Assembly (NCBI GenBank): GCA_963764445.1
Contig: CAVXSV010000004.1
Location: forward strand, 133,534-197,533
Direction of reading: 5' to 3'
Source: an uncultured Alphaproteobacteria bacterium
Lineage (GTDB): Bacteria; Pseudomonadota; Alphaproteobacteria; Rhizobiales; Xanthobacteraceae
Length of the DNA: 64,000 nucleotides
The notes beneath the pieces were generated by a model. The model was not told where the DNA came from and searched no databases. It worked only from the letters and a program-made list of their open reading frames with translations. Shown here in pieces: positions 1 to 8,585 of this stretch; the stretch's first letter is position 1; every line of letters begins with the position of its first letter. The translations under genes and the position numbers were made by a program.

Positions 1-50
1 CCTCGGTCGGAAGCCTTTCGCGGCGACCCATAACATATTAAAGGGGCCGC

Positions 51-278
51 TCACTTCTTCGTCTTCAATTTCTTCTTCGGTGCCGGAGGAGGCTCTGCGG
101 CCTTACGAGCTAGTCGCTCGGCCCTGAGACGCTCGCGATTATTGTCGAATGCCTTTGCTGTGGCAGCGTGCTCAGTCATTGCCGATTTTGCATCGCCAAC
201 GCGAAGCGCTTTGCGAGCGTCACGCTCCTCTTTCGTAAGAGACTTACGTGGCTCGATCTCTCCGGGCGCCTTACTCAT
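51..278 (-). CDS. Small basic hypothetical protein (75 aa)
   Basis: ATG-started ORF with helical charged pattern (RERLRAERLARKAAEPPP); overlaps the end of the 271-471 ORF as in an operon. Confidence 0.6.
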   Translation of the reverse strand: MSKAPGEIEPRKSLTKEERDARKALRVGDAKSAMTEHAATAKAFDNNRERLRAERLARKAAEPPPAPKKKLKTKK

Positions 279-471
279 TGCTTTTCCGATCTATCGAGTT
301 ACGCGCCGGTGGCGAATCCGATCGCAGGTTCCTCCATGGGGCGTCTCCGGGAAGCACAATAGGATCAGCTTCGTCTTCCTTGTTTCGGCTCCTCGCTAAC
401 CCAACGACGCCCGCCACCACCAACAAGGCACCCGCTATCATCAGCCAATGCGGTAATTCTATCGACGGCAT
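271..471 (-). CDS. Small single-TM membrane protein (66 aa)
   Basis: GGAG upstream of ATG; hydrophobic LPHWLMIAGALLVVAGVVGLA segment. Confidence 0.55.
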   Translation of the reverse strand: MPSIELPHWLMIAGALLVVAGVVGLARSRNKEDEADPIVLPGDAPWRNLRSDSPPARNSIDRKSNE

Positions 472-498
472 TGCAGTCTCCTTAGAGACGATGCGCGG

Positions 499-699
499 CT
501 ATTTCTTCGCTTTCAGCCCAATCTCCACAAGACGGCGGATGGCTTCCGGCCGCGACGGCTTTGATCCAGGCCGTTTTTCAATCCACTGATCGACGCTTTG
601 CATTTCGTTTGGGGGCATCCGCACCATCACAGGCACAGCGTCAACACGTGGCCTTCCTTGGGGGCGTTTTTTGATATTAGAAACTATTGACTTTGCCAT
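499..699 (-). CDS. Ribbon-helix-helix (CopG-like) regulator
   Basis: GRP...VMVRM...VDQW...SRPEAIRRLVEIGL pattern typical of alphaproteobacterial RHH proteins. Confidence 0.8.
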   Translation of the reverse strand: MAKSIVSNIKKRPQGRPRVDAVPVMVRMPPNEMQSVDQWIEKRPGSKPSRPEAIRRLVEIGLKAKK

Positions 700-784
700 T
701 CTTACCTGATATCAGAAAAGGCAGGCCGGAGCAAGGTAGCAGCCTTGCTCACAGCCCTAACCACCAGAGCGAGGTACCGCACCA

Positions 785-1051
785 ATGGCTACTGTTGAAG
801 ATACCACCGCCACCGATCACAAAGCCACGCCGAACTACGTCGCATCGGAAATCTGGGACATTAACAAGGGATTTGCGATCCTTCACGAGATGCACCATGG
901 CCTTATGTCGATGAAGGATATCGATACCGATACGCTCGATCAGCTGCTTTGGATTTCGTGTCGCATCGACGAGGCACTTGTCGAAGTTCTGAAGCACGCC
1001 GAGGGGGCGGCCGGAATCGAGCGACAGGATATGGCCAATGCTAGAAATTAA
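785..1051 (+). CDS. Hypothetical protein (88 aa)
   Basis: GAGGT upstream of ATG; helical composition; divergent from the RHH gene. Confidence 0.55.
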   Translation: MATVEDTTATDHKATPNYVASEIWDINKGFAILHEMHHGLMSMKDIDTDTLDQLLWISCRIDEALVEVLKHAEGAAGIERQDMANARN

Positions 1052-1265
1052 GACTGCCTCCGATGCGTGCTTCCATACCTGACCACGCGACCGGCATCGT
1101 TCGCGGTGCCGGCACCCCTTTATTTCTGAGACGTACACTCCTGCCGTAGAGAAGCATACGGTTTTGCGGTAAACTCTTGGAGATCCTAGGCTATACTCTG
1201 ATGAGTTGCGCTTGTGCGTCGGCTTCGCCGGCGAAGTGAACACTTCCACGACCTCGGCGCGCGCT

Positions 1266-1553
1266 ATGCCCACTACTGCTAACGACAACGTGCCGCTTTC
1301 GCGGCAGCATTCGGCTGTGCAACCCCGCGGTCTCCGTCGGGTGGCCGCTGCTTGCTACCTGGGCATCAGCCCGTCGCTTTTCGACCGGAAGCGGAAGGAG
1401 GGCGACGTCCCGCCACCCAAGGTAATTTTGGGCGTAACGGTTTGGGACCGTACTGACTTAGACCGACTTTTCGGCGACGCGCAGGGTAATAACGACAACA
1501 ACGAATGGCTCAGTGAGCCAAATCCGTGGGATGATGCAGATCAAACCCCCTAA
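1266..1553 (+). CDS. AlpA/excisionase-like HTH protein
   Basis: PRGLRRVAAACYLGISPSLFDRKRKEGDVPPP...VWDRTDLD motif; overlaps the integrase start; start taken at ATG 1266. Confidence 0.75.
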   Translation: MPTTANDNVPLSRQHSAVQPRGLRRVAAACYLGISPSLFDRKRKEGDVPPPKVILGVTVWDRTDLDRLFGDAQGNNDNNEWLSEPNPWDDADQTP

Positions 1554-2940
1554 GCATCTACAGACCTACAAGGACCGGCACGGAAAGCCGCGGCTGTACC
1601 TGCGAAAGCCGGGGCAAAAGCGCATACCCTTGCCGGGGCCGATATATAGTCCTGCGTTTTGGACGGCCTACCACGCGGCCATGGACGGCGCGCCCGTTCC
1701 AACAATTACCAATCGTAACCCGCCAGGCAGTTTGTCGGCCGCGATTGTCGGTTATTACGGCTCGGCGGAATACAAGGGCCTCGCCCCGAGTTCGCAGAAA
1801 GACTATCGCAGGATTCTGGAACACTTTCGGACGGCGCACGGTTCGAAGCCGCTCGCCCGGCTTGAAACTAAACATATCAACCGCATCATCGACGAGCGGG
1901 CAGGGACGCCGGTGGCAGCGATGCATCTTCGCTCCCGGCTCAATTCAGTTATGAAGTGGGCGATCGGCGATGGCCTGATCCGAGAAAATCCCGTCACCAC
2001 CTCCAAGAAGGTATCCACCCGAACGGACGGTTACAGGACTTGGACTGACCAAGATGTGGTGACATATCGGGCGCGCTGGCCGCGGGGCACGGTGCAACGG
2101 CTCGCAATGGAGCTTCTGCTATTCACCGGCCTGCGGCGCAGTGACGTTGTGCGCATCGGCTGGCCTGACGTGAGGGGCGGCGCGATTCACATCACCACCC
2201 AAAAATCGCAGCACATGACGACGCTGGCGATTCCAATTCATCCGGTGTTGAAGCGTCACCTTGAGAACTGCCCAAAGGATACGATCACCTTCCTCCAGAC
2301 GGAGCAGGGCGAGGCGCGTTCGCCTAACGCCTTGACCAATTGGGTGCGAGAGGCGGCACACCAAGCGGGCCTTGCGAACAACTCCAGCCCGCATGGTCTG
2401 CGCAAGGCCGCATGCCGAATGCTGGCTGAGGCAGGGTGCAGCGCGCATATGATTCAAGCCATCACTGGCCACAAGCACCTGACCGAGGTGCAGACCTATA
2501 CGCGCGCCGTAGAGCAGCGTCATTTGGCCGAGTTGGCGATTGCGAATTTGTCTAACCGCACTGAATGGTTAGACAAAATGGCAGAAAACAACCTTAAAGA
2601 ACAAGGGTTTATGGCTGACCCTTCGAGTTCCCTCCGAGCGCACCAAAGAAACGCAAGGTCTAAGTTCAGGCGCCTAACCGCCCCAAAGGGTGCATCTTTT
2701 CTCAAAGAGAAGTTCCAGAACTGTCTGACCTTCCGGCGAGGCGGCGAAGGCAACGCCGCCGCCCGTAACGGGCAAATTTACCCAAGAGAGAAATACGCGA
2801 GGCTTATACAAATGCGCGCGCGTGTTCGGGCGGGTGGCGCATTGCCGCGATCGATGTCGAAGTTGCGCCTGATGTGGCCGTGGATATATCTCCAATTCAA
2901 AAAGCCGATGGCTCGATGCGCGTTTTTCGTCATCAGCTAA
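1531..2940 (+). CDS. Tyrosine recombinase/integrase; 3' end uncertain (stop would be at 2677 if one T in the att fragment is an error)
   Basis: N-terminal arm-binding-like YKDRHGKPRLYLR; catalytic motifs TGLRRSD, HGLRK, ITGH, VQTY. Confidence 0.92.
   Translation: MMQIKPPKHLQTYKDRHGKPRLYLRKPGQKRIPLPGPIYSPAFWTAYHAAMDGAPVPTITNRNPPGSLSAAIVGYYGSAEYKGLAPSSQKDYRRILEHFRTAHGSKPLARLETKHINRIIDERAGTPVAAMHLRSRLNSVMKWAIGDGLIRENPVTTSKKVSTRTDGYRTWTDQDVVTYRARWPRGTVQRLAMELLLFTGLRRSDVVRIGWPDVRGGAIHITTQKSQHMTTLAIPIHPVLKRHLENCPKDTITFLQTEQGEARSPNALTNWVREAAHQAGLANNSSPHGLRKAACRMLAEAGCSAHMIQAITGHKHLTEVQTYTRAVEQRHLAELAIANLSNRTEWLDKMAENNLKEQGFMADPSSSLRAHQRNARSKFRRLTAPKGASFLKEKFQNCLTFRRGGEGNAAARNGQIYPREKYARLIQMRARVRAGGALPRSMSKLRLMWPWIYLQFKKPMARCAFFVIS
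2547..2577. repeat. Perfect 11-bp inverted repeat TTTGTCTAACC-N9-GGTTAGACAAA (candidate att-arm site)
   Basis: Read directly from sequence; about 45 bp before the att fragment. Confidence 0.7.
2622..2645 (+). other. tRNA 3'-end fragment (tRNA-Leu-like), probable attR core
   Basis: TTCGAGT(T)CCCTCCGAGCGC-A-CCA = T-loop, T-stem 3' strand, acceptor 3' strand, A discriminator and CCA; no 5' tRNA half upstream. Confidence 0.7.
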
Positions 2941-3265
2941 CCATCGATAGCTAACCATCGATCGTGCCACAACCGACGAGCTGGTGCGCCGCGGCCGAGG
3001 CATGACGAACGATACCTCCGAAGACCTCGGGCCGGTGAACAGTTTCAACTGTTGCGGTACGTCACCAAGGATACCGATTTGATGGCCGGCGTTGCCGAGT
3101 TGACATTGGCATCTGAAAAACTGCCCGCGCGGCGGCACGACGCGACCAACATCCGCAGGCCACATCAATACCAAATCGGTCGCGCGCGATTTGACTGAGC
3201 CTCCGCTCTTCGCAAATCTAATACCGTCTTTTGACGACGGCTTACGCTCTACCAAAAAGTTCATC

Positions 3266-3319
3266 CTCCTGTTCACCAGTTGACTCTTGCATCTCTTGTT
3301 CAACAGTTGACTCTTGCAT
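3266..3319. repeat. 27-bp tandem duplication (2 copies, 2 mismatches)
   Basis: CTCCTGTTCACCAGTTGACTCTTGCAT / CTCTTGTTCAACAGTTGACTCTTGCAT. Confidence 0.85.
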
Positions 3320-3607
3320 CGCTTCAAAGGCGTGCCTCCTTGTATTTATGCCGTTAAATAAAGCGGATCGCGCGTCAATCAATCGCGAGAACTGAGTCAA
3401 GTATATTACTGCTCTATGCGAGATGCGCGGGGGTGCCCCGACGCTAGCGCTAGAAGTAAATGGAGCGATGTATAGTAATGTATATATGCCCCTTGACGTA
3501 AGAAAGCGCCGGACCCACCGGAGGCTGCGTCGCGGATCTCCTTTGGACGGACTACCCCGTTTGGATGGTTTGATACGTAGGATGGGGGAAGTCAGGAAGA
3601 GAAGAAA

Positions 3608-3868
3608 ATGATGGCAGATGCAGATAGGGTAGAGTTTGGAAATCGTCTTGCAAAACTTGTCGCTGACAAACATTGGACAGAGGCGGAATTCGCCCGCGAA
3701 GCATCTAAGCAATTCCGCGGCCGTCATGATTTCCGCCGCTGCGACGTCTCGCTCTACATGCGCGGCATTCAGTATCCGAAACCTCTGCGCTTAAAGGCGA
3801 TTTGTGAAACGCTTGGGGTCGAAGCAAAAGCACTTGGGACCGAAGTTCACGTAGGCTCAAAGCACTAG
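3608..3868 (+). CDS. XRE-family HTH regulator
   Basis: FGNRLAKL...WTEAEFAR...VSLYMRG...P...LKAICETLGV pattern. Confidence 0.85.
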   Translation: MMADADRVEFGNRLAKLVADKHWTEAEFAREASKQFRGRHDFRRCDVSLYMRGIQYPKPLRLKAICETLGVEAKALGTEVHVGSKH

Positions 3869-3878
3869 CTCGAAGGAT

Positions 3879-3900
3879 AACCCCGCTCCGGCGGGGTTTT
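3879..3900 (+). terminator. Rho-independent terminator
   Basis: AACCCCGC-TCCG-GCGGGGTT followed by T run, 10 bp after the XRE stop. Confidence 0.75.
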
Positions 3901-4162
3901 CTATGCTCTGAAAGTGATGACCCAACACTCAGGAAAACCGATAATAGGTCGCGGAAGCTGACGCCAGCATTCAATGCGCTATTTACCAGACCAGGATGGG
4001 TGAAGTGTTTCAACGCGTCGAGCCCAGGCTGAAGCCCGAAGCGCGTGTTCGCGCAGGCGTCCCGGCCATCCACATCTTTGATCCAATTCACGCCTCAAGA
4101 CGTTGAGCTTAGCATAAGCGGGCACGACAATTCAATCAATCCTCATCCCGCTCTAGGCTGCG

Positions 4163-5161
4163 TTAAGTCGCTGCGGAGCCTGATTGGCCAATTCTCAACG
4201 GGCGTCTCAACTCGAGAAACCGTTTTCCTTTTTCGGTCACGGACCAAGCGATGTGATTGGAAAAACCCGCTATGATTGAGCGAGACTTGATTAAGCCCAG
4301 AGCCTCAAGTTTATCTCGGACGATGATCGTGCTCTGTTCGCCAAGTTCGCAATAGTCTGAAATTTGAAATTTCTGCTGGTACCAAGATCCAACAAGTTTC
4401 CGAACGTAGGCCTCCGACGGGCTCTTAAGGAACTGATCATACAGTCCGACAAAAATTTCGTCCAATAAAACTGGTTGAGATATGGAGTCTGGTAGACTTT
4501 CTTCCGATCGATAAACAAGCAATTCTACGGTAACTGGATCGTATGGTCCTGAAGTCGGTTCAGATAACTCGTCGCGACTGAGATCAGCGAGCTTCTGACG
4601 AAAGTCCGCGTTCTGGATGCGGAGTTTTTCCAATTCCTGGAGAACCCTTGGATCGATGGCTTGATCACCTCGTATCCAGCCAATCCCTGGCTTCAAATTC
4701 ACAGCGGTTGCGACGGCCAGCACGACTTTCATGCAAAGATCGTTTTCGTTGTGCCAAAATTCAACGATGCGGCCGGTGCTCAAACGAGCTTTGAAAGCGT
4801 CCAGTTTTTCTTTCAGCGGTGTGTCCGTTTCAGTCTTGCCGACCGCAATGTCGCCTCGACTGTCAGGAAGGAACGCAAGTATAGGAATGTCTTTTAATCG
4901 CGCGTATTCAAATTCTTCTTCTGCGAAACTCAGTCCACCATCGGAGAGCGAGCCATAACGGCCGCCAACGATCGCGATATAATAGTCACTGCGATCAATG
5001 ACCCGCTTGATATAGTCGTGCTGCTGTTGATCGGTTGCTGGAAACAATTCCATGCCCGCAGGCATGTACCCGGCTTTTGCCAAGGCGTTGCTGACGGCCT
5101 GTCGTTCGTCCTTCAAATCGGGGTAGGTCGAACCAATGAAAACCTGAAAAACCCGATCCAC
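4163..5161 (-). CDS. DUF4062 domain protein with coiled coil and C-terminal winged-helix-like region
   Basis: VFIGSTYPDLKDERQAV...GMELFPA...DYYIAIVGGRYGS...EEEFEYA signature. Confidence 0.85.
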   Translation of the reverse strand: MDRVFQVFIGSTYPDLKDERQAVSNALAKAGYMPAGMELFPATDQQQHDYIKRVIDRSDYYIAIVGGRYGSLSDGGLSFAEEEFEYARLKDIPILAFLPDSRGDIAVGKTETDTPLKEKLDAFKARLSTGRIVEFWHNENDLCMKVVLAVATAVNLKPGIGWIRGDQAIDPRVLQELEKLRIQNADFRQKLADLSRDELSEPTSGPYDPVTVELLVYRSEESLPDSISQPVLLDEIFVGLYDQFLKSPSEAYVRKLVGSWYQQKFQISDYCELGEQSTIIVRDKLEALGLIKSRSIIAGFSNHIAWSVTEKGKRFLELRRPLRIGQSGSAAT

Positions 5162-5830
5162 TTGAATTTTTTCCTCAAACCTACCCGATCCGGCCCGAAG
5201 TCATCCTTTTAGATGCCCCTTGCGATGTTTGCAGCCGTCGCGAAGTAGCTTCTAGCCAACATCTTTCCAGACTGCGTGCGGGTCGTACAGACGCACCGCG
5301 CCGGCTTTCTGTCCACAAACCTGGCGCAGCACAAGCGTTCGGCGCTGAGAATGTGCCGCGGGATTTCGTTAAGCCTCATTGTTGGACCGGCAGGCGAGGG
5401 GAGCCGGCCCCGCGAGGATCGTTCAGGACGGAATCCCGCCAAGCCGTCGTCATGGTTTCGGTCTTGCATTGCGGGCTTCCGTGCCAGCGTTTCCATTGTT
5501 CGAGAGAGGGCATTCGCCATTAGCCGATCAGTTGCGCACGGCAGAGTAGAACATAAAATGAACAGATGACGGGTCAGAAACTCAGTCTCAGTTTGTCCGA
5601 CGCCTCGGTTCAACACTTACAGCCTCTGGGATCGAGGCAGGCGGCGCCGGCGCTCAGCAGGGCGCTTTTGTTTAACGAATGCCCACGAACAGACGCGCGT
5701 TTTCGCGAAAACTTGCACTTGCATACACACGAAATGCCAACGCGGGGCGTCGTAGTTTTGCGGAATTCGAGGGGGCCCTCGGTCGGTCCGCGTCAAGAAC
5801 GCCAGTCAGACAACGGTTGTCGGCACAGTT

Positions 5831-7057
5831 ATGTCACTCGATATCTCAACTCTCTATCTCGTCGCGGCGCTTGTCGGCGTGTTGCTCGGCGGCATGCTAT
5901 TGTTTTTCGGGCGGCAGCAGAAAATTTCGGCGCTTAACTGGTGGGGCGCGGCCTATATCCTTGGCGCTATCTCGATCGGAGTCTTGACGGTCGCGGGTCC
6001 GCTGCTGGGCGATACCTTGGCGCTGGCGCTCAATGCGGTCGGCTTTTTGGCCTGCGGCATGGTGTGGAACGCAGCGCGCGTGTTCCACGGCCGCAAGCCG
6101 AATTGGCTGGCATTGCCACTCGGCGCCGCTGTCTGGTTGATCGTTATTATGTGTCCACCTGACGAATCGTCCACCATAAGACTGACGATTGGCGCGGGCA
6201 TCGTCGCGGCTTACGCGGTTCTGACCGCGAACGAACTGTGGTCCGAGCAACGCAAGGCCATGCAAAAGCGCTGGCCGGCGCTGCTGGTGCCTGCCCTGCA
6301 CGGTTTTGTACTGATGCTGCCCATATTGCTGGGTCACATGCTGCGCGCCGACGGCAGCAGCTTCCGCAGTACCGTCTGGGTTCCGATCTTCGCTTTCGAA
6401 CTCGTGCTTTATGCGGTCGGTACTGTTTTCGTCATCTTCATGCTGGTGTCGGACCGGACTGTGAAGGCCCACAAGGCCGCGGCCTCGATCGATCCGCTGA
6501 CCGGCATGTTAAACCGCCGGGGCTTCGCCGAGGCGACTGCGCGGGTGATACAGCGCGAGGCCAATGCCGGGCGTTTGGTGACGGTGCTCATTTTCGACAT
6601 CGATCATTTCAAGTCGATCAACGACCGCTTCGGCCACGCGGCGGGTGACGAAATTCTCAAACTCTTCGCGACCGTCGTCACCAATACGTTGCGGATCACC
6701 GATCTGTCCGGACGGATCGGCGGCGAGGAATTTGCTGCCTTACTGCCTTGCTCGATAGAAGAGGCCGTTTGTGCGGCGGGGCGCGTGCGCGTTGCGTTCG
6801 CAGCGAGTGGCATCGCGGTCGACGATGCGCCGGTCGAGACGACGGTGAGTGTCGGAGTAGCCGGCGGACCGCCGGGCACCGAGCTCGACGTCCTGCTTGC
6901 AGCCGCTGATACGGCGCTCTATCAGGCCAAACGTGGCGGACGCAATCGCGTCGAGGTCGCTGAGGAGGAGCCGCTGCCGCTCGAACAGGAGCGGCGAAGG
7001 TCAGCGGTACGACAGGCACCCAGAGTCCGTCAGTCATCTGTCATGTGGCCGGTGTAA
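5831..7057 (+). CDS. Membrane-anchored diguanylate cyclase (GGDEF)
   Basis: Several N-terminal TM segments; DPLTG, DIDHFKSINDRFGH, RIGGEEF motifs. Confidence 0.95.
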   Translation: MSLDISTLYLVAALVGVLLGGMLLFFGRQQKISALNWWGAAYILGAISIGVLTVAGPLLGDTLALALNAVGFLACGMVWNAARVFHGRKPNWLALPLGAAVWLIVIMCPPDESSTIRLTIGAGIVAAYAVLTANELWSEQRKAMQKRWPALLVPALHGFVLMLPILLGHMLRADGSSFRSTVWVPIFAFELVLYAVGTVFVIFMLVSDRTVKAHKAAASIDPLTGMLNRRGFAEATARVIQREANAGRLVTVLIFDIDHFKSINDRFGHAAGDEILKLFATVVTNTLRITDLSGRIGGEEFAALLPCSIEEAVCAAGRVRVAFAASGIAVDDAPVETTVSVGVAGGPPGTELDVLLAAADTALYQAKRGGRNRVEVAEEEPLPLEQERRRSAVRQAPRVRQSSVMWPV

Positions 7058-7146
7058 TGGGAAGCCGTGCTAGGCGCGTCGCGACGGCAACGTCCATCCC
7101 TGAGGCCTGATTCAAAACCAGCTTCACATCTGGCTCGCTGAGATTG

Positions 7147-7161
7147 TTAACCTCTCGTTTA
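7147..7161 (+). promoter_or_regulatory. CtrA-like box TTAA-N7-TTTA(C)
   Basis: One mismatch to TTAA-N7-TTAA, just upstream of the 7185 ORF. Confidence 0.45.
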
Positions 7162-7184
7162 CCATCACTTCATAGCATCGGCTC

Positions 7185-7418
7185 ATGAAGATATCGCGCA
7201 GCAGCATTCAGACCGATATCCTGTCACTTGAAGCTGACGCGGCGTCGGCGCGCAGCGGCTTTGCCTGCATCTTCTCTTCCTCCGACGAGTACGAGCGGGC
7301 TCTTATTACAGAGCGTCGCGCCCAGGGCCGCTATACTGCCCGACAAAGCAATTGGCCGACGATGGTATTTATTGTCCTGGCGCTCATGATCGCAGGAACG
7401 GTTATTTACCGCATGTAG
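7185..7418 (+). CDS. Small protein with C-terminal TM helix
   Basis: ATG ORF; DEYERALITERRAQG followed by a hydrophobic tail. Confidence 0.7.
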   Translation: MKISRSSIQTDILSLEADAASARSGFACIFSSSDEYERALITERRAQGRYTARQSNWPTMVFIVLALMIAGTVIYRM

Positions 7419-7568
7419 CACCGCCAAGGCTGGCCACGGCAACGCGGCTCAGCGGACACGCCTGAGCAGAAATCCGAAATCCGACTCCCTGAAAGGCCGC
7501 GAGAATTTTTCCGGTTCACCGGATTTCCGGGTTAGAAGGGACTAATGATCCCGGTCGGCAGGTGAAAC

Positions 7569-7778
7569 ATGGTGGACAAGCAGGCGATGCGCCAAGAGGC
7601 CGAACGACTCATGCGCGAGGCGATGGAGCGCAAGGGCGTCGCCGTAAAGCAGGGTGAGACCCGCATCGTGGCCAAATGCGGAAAGTGCGGCGCTGAAAAC
7701 AAAACCAAGGCGCCGAGGGGCGCCACGCGCGTCAGTTTTACCTGCAAGGAATGCGGGCATACCCAAGTGGCACTGTAA
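7569..7778 (+). CDS. Small Zn-ribbon protein (69 aa)
   Basis: AGGTG RBS; two CxxC pairs (CGKC, CKEC). Confidence 0.8.
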   Translation: MVDKQAMRQEAERLMREAMERKGVAVKQGETRIVAKCGKCGAENKTKAPRGATRVSFTCKECGHTQVAL

Positions 7779-7954
7779 TTTTTCCGGACATCAAGGCCGC
7801 GCGTTCGTCGGGCCACGCGGATCTGACGACTTGCGACATAACGACAGTGCCGCCGTGTGGATTCTATTCTAGATCGAGTGGAACCAGAAACCGGATTTTA
7901 ACTGTGGCGGCACGGCGCGGTGGCCGGTGCGGCCAAGGATGCTAGACTTGCGGA

Positions 7955-8147
7955 ATGGTCCAGCTTGTCACGGTTGCATCAGTGATATCGACCTATCAGA
8001 AACCGGCGGTCGCGGTGAATCTCAGTAGACGATGCCCAGACCGATCTGTGGGCCAGCCGCTTGAACGTGTCCCGTGAGAGATTGTTGGAGGCCGCCAATC
8101 AAGTCGGACCTTCGATCGCAGCGCTCCGCCGCTATCTTTCCAGATAA
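7955..8147 (+). CDS. DUF3606-like small protein with a 1-bp insertion near 8027 (absent from the ORF track)
   Basis: Joining frames gives ...VNLSDDAQTDLWASRLNVSRERLLEAANQVGPSIAALRRYLSR*, matching the DUF3606 pattern. Confidence 0.65.
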
Positions 8148-8243
8148 CGCAATCCCGTTCGCACTTCGCCATTGCCCGGTGATGTGCCTGATGCGCCTCC
8201 AGCGCAAGTTCCATTCCTGTCCGTGCCATGGAGTCCGTTCGCG

Positions 8244-8259
8244 CGTGAGTCACATCACG
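8244..8259. promoter_or_regulatory. CRP/FNR-family-type palindrome CGTGA-N6-TCACG
   Basis: Perfect 5-bp dyad with 6-bp spacer, about 77 bp upstream of the first peptide gene. Confidence 0.55.
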
Positions 8260-8335
8260 GACGGATTTGGTTCCGTCTTGCATCGTGGTCGCGTCGTCAA
8301 ACCGACGATGTGTCAATCAGCGAAGGAGAACCACG

Positions 8336-8533
8336 ATGACCAAGACTGTTACGATCAGTGACATCCGTACGCTCACGGATGACGAACTTAACACCGTATC
8401 GGGTGGCATGAAGGCCGAGGTATTTACCGGCGGCATGAACATGACGGTCGAGTCCGATGCCAGCCACTACGGCGTGGTTGTGCGTCCGGCATTCGAACAC
8501 ACCTGCGTCGGCTTCGGCGACGACGGCTGCTGA
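8336..8533 (+). CDS. Double-glycine leader peptide precursor 1 (65 aa)
   Basis: AAGGAGA RBS; leader ends LTDDELNTVSGG; 41-aa core ending CVGFGDDGC. Confidence 0.85.
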   Translation: MTKTVTISDIRTLTDDELNTVSGGMKAEVFTGGMNMTVESDASHYGVVVRPAFEHTCVGFGDDGC

Positions 8534-8585
8534 AGCCTGGCCTTTCGACAACGTCAACCAAGCACATCAACCTCAGGAGATTGCA

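Larger units (their letters stand above)
1..2645. mobile_element. Right-hand end of a tRNA-targeting integrative element (continues left of the window)
   Basis: Small hypothetical genes, RHH regulator, excisionase-like gene and tyrosine integrase, ending at a tRNA 3'-end fragment (2622-2645). Confidence 0.7.

Noticed and set aside
3266-3319. CRISPR array
   Set aside because: Only two adjacent copies, no spacers, no cas genes.
2674-3327. 217-aa minus-strand ORF as a real gene
   Set aside because: No recognisable motif or RBS; at most a fragment of a decayed gene.
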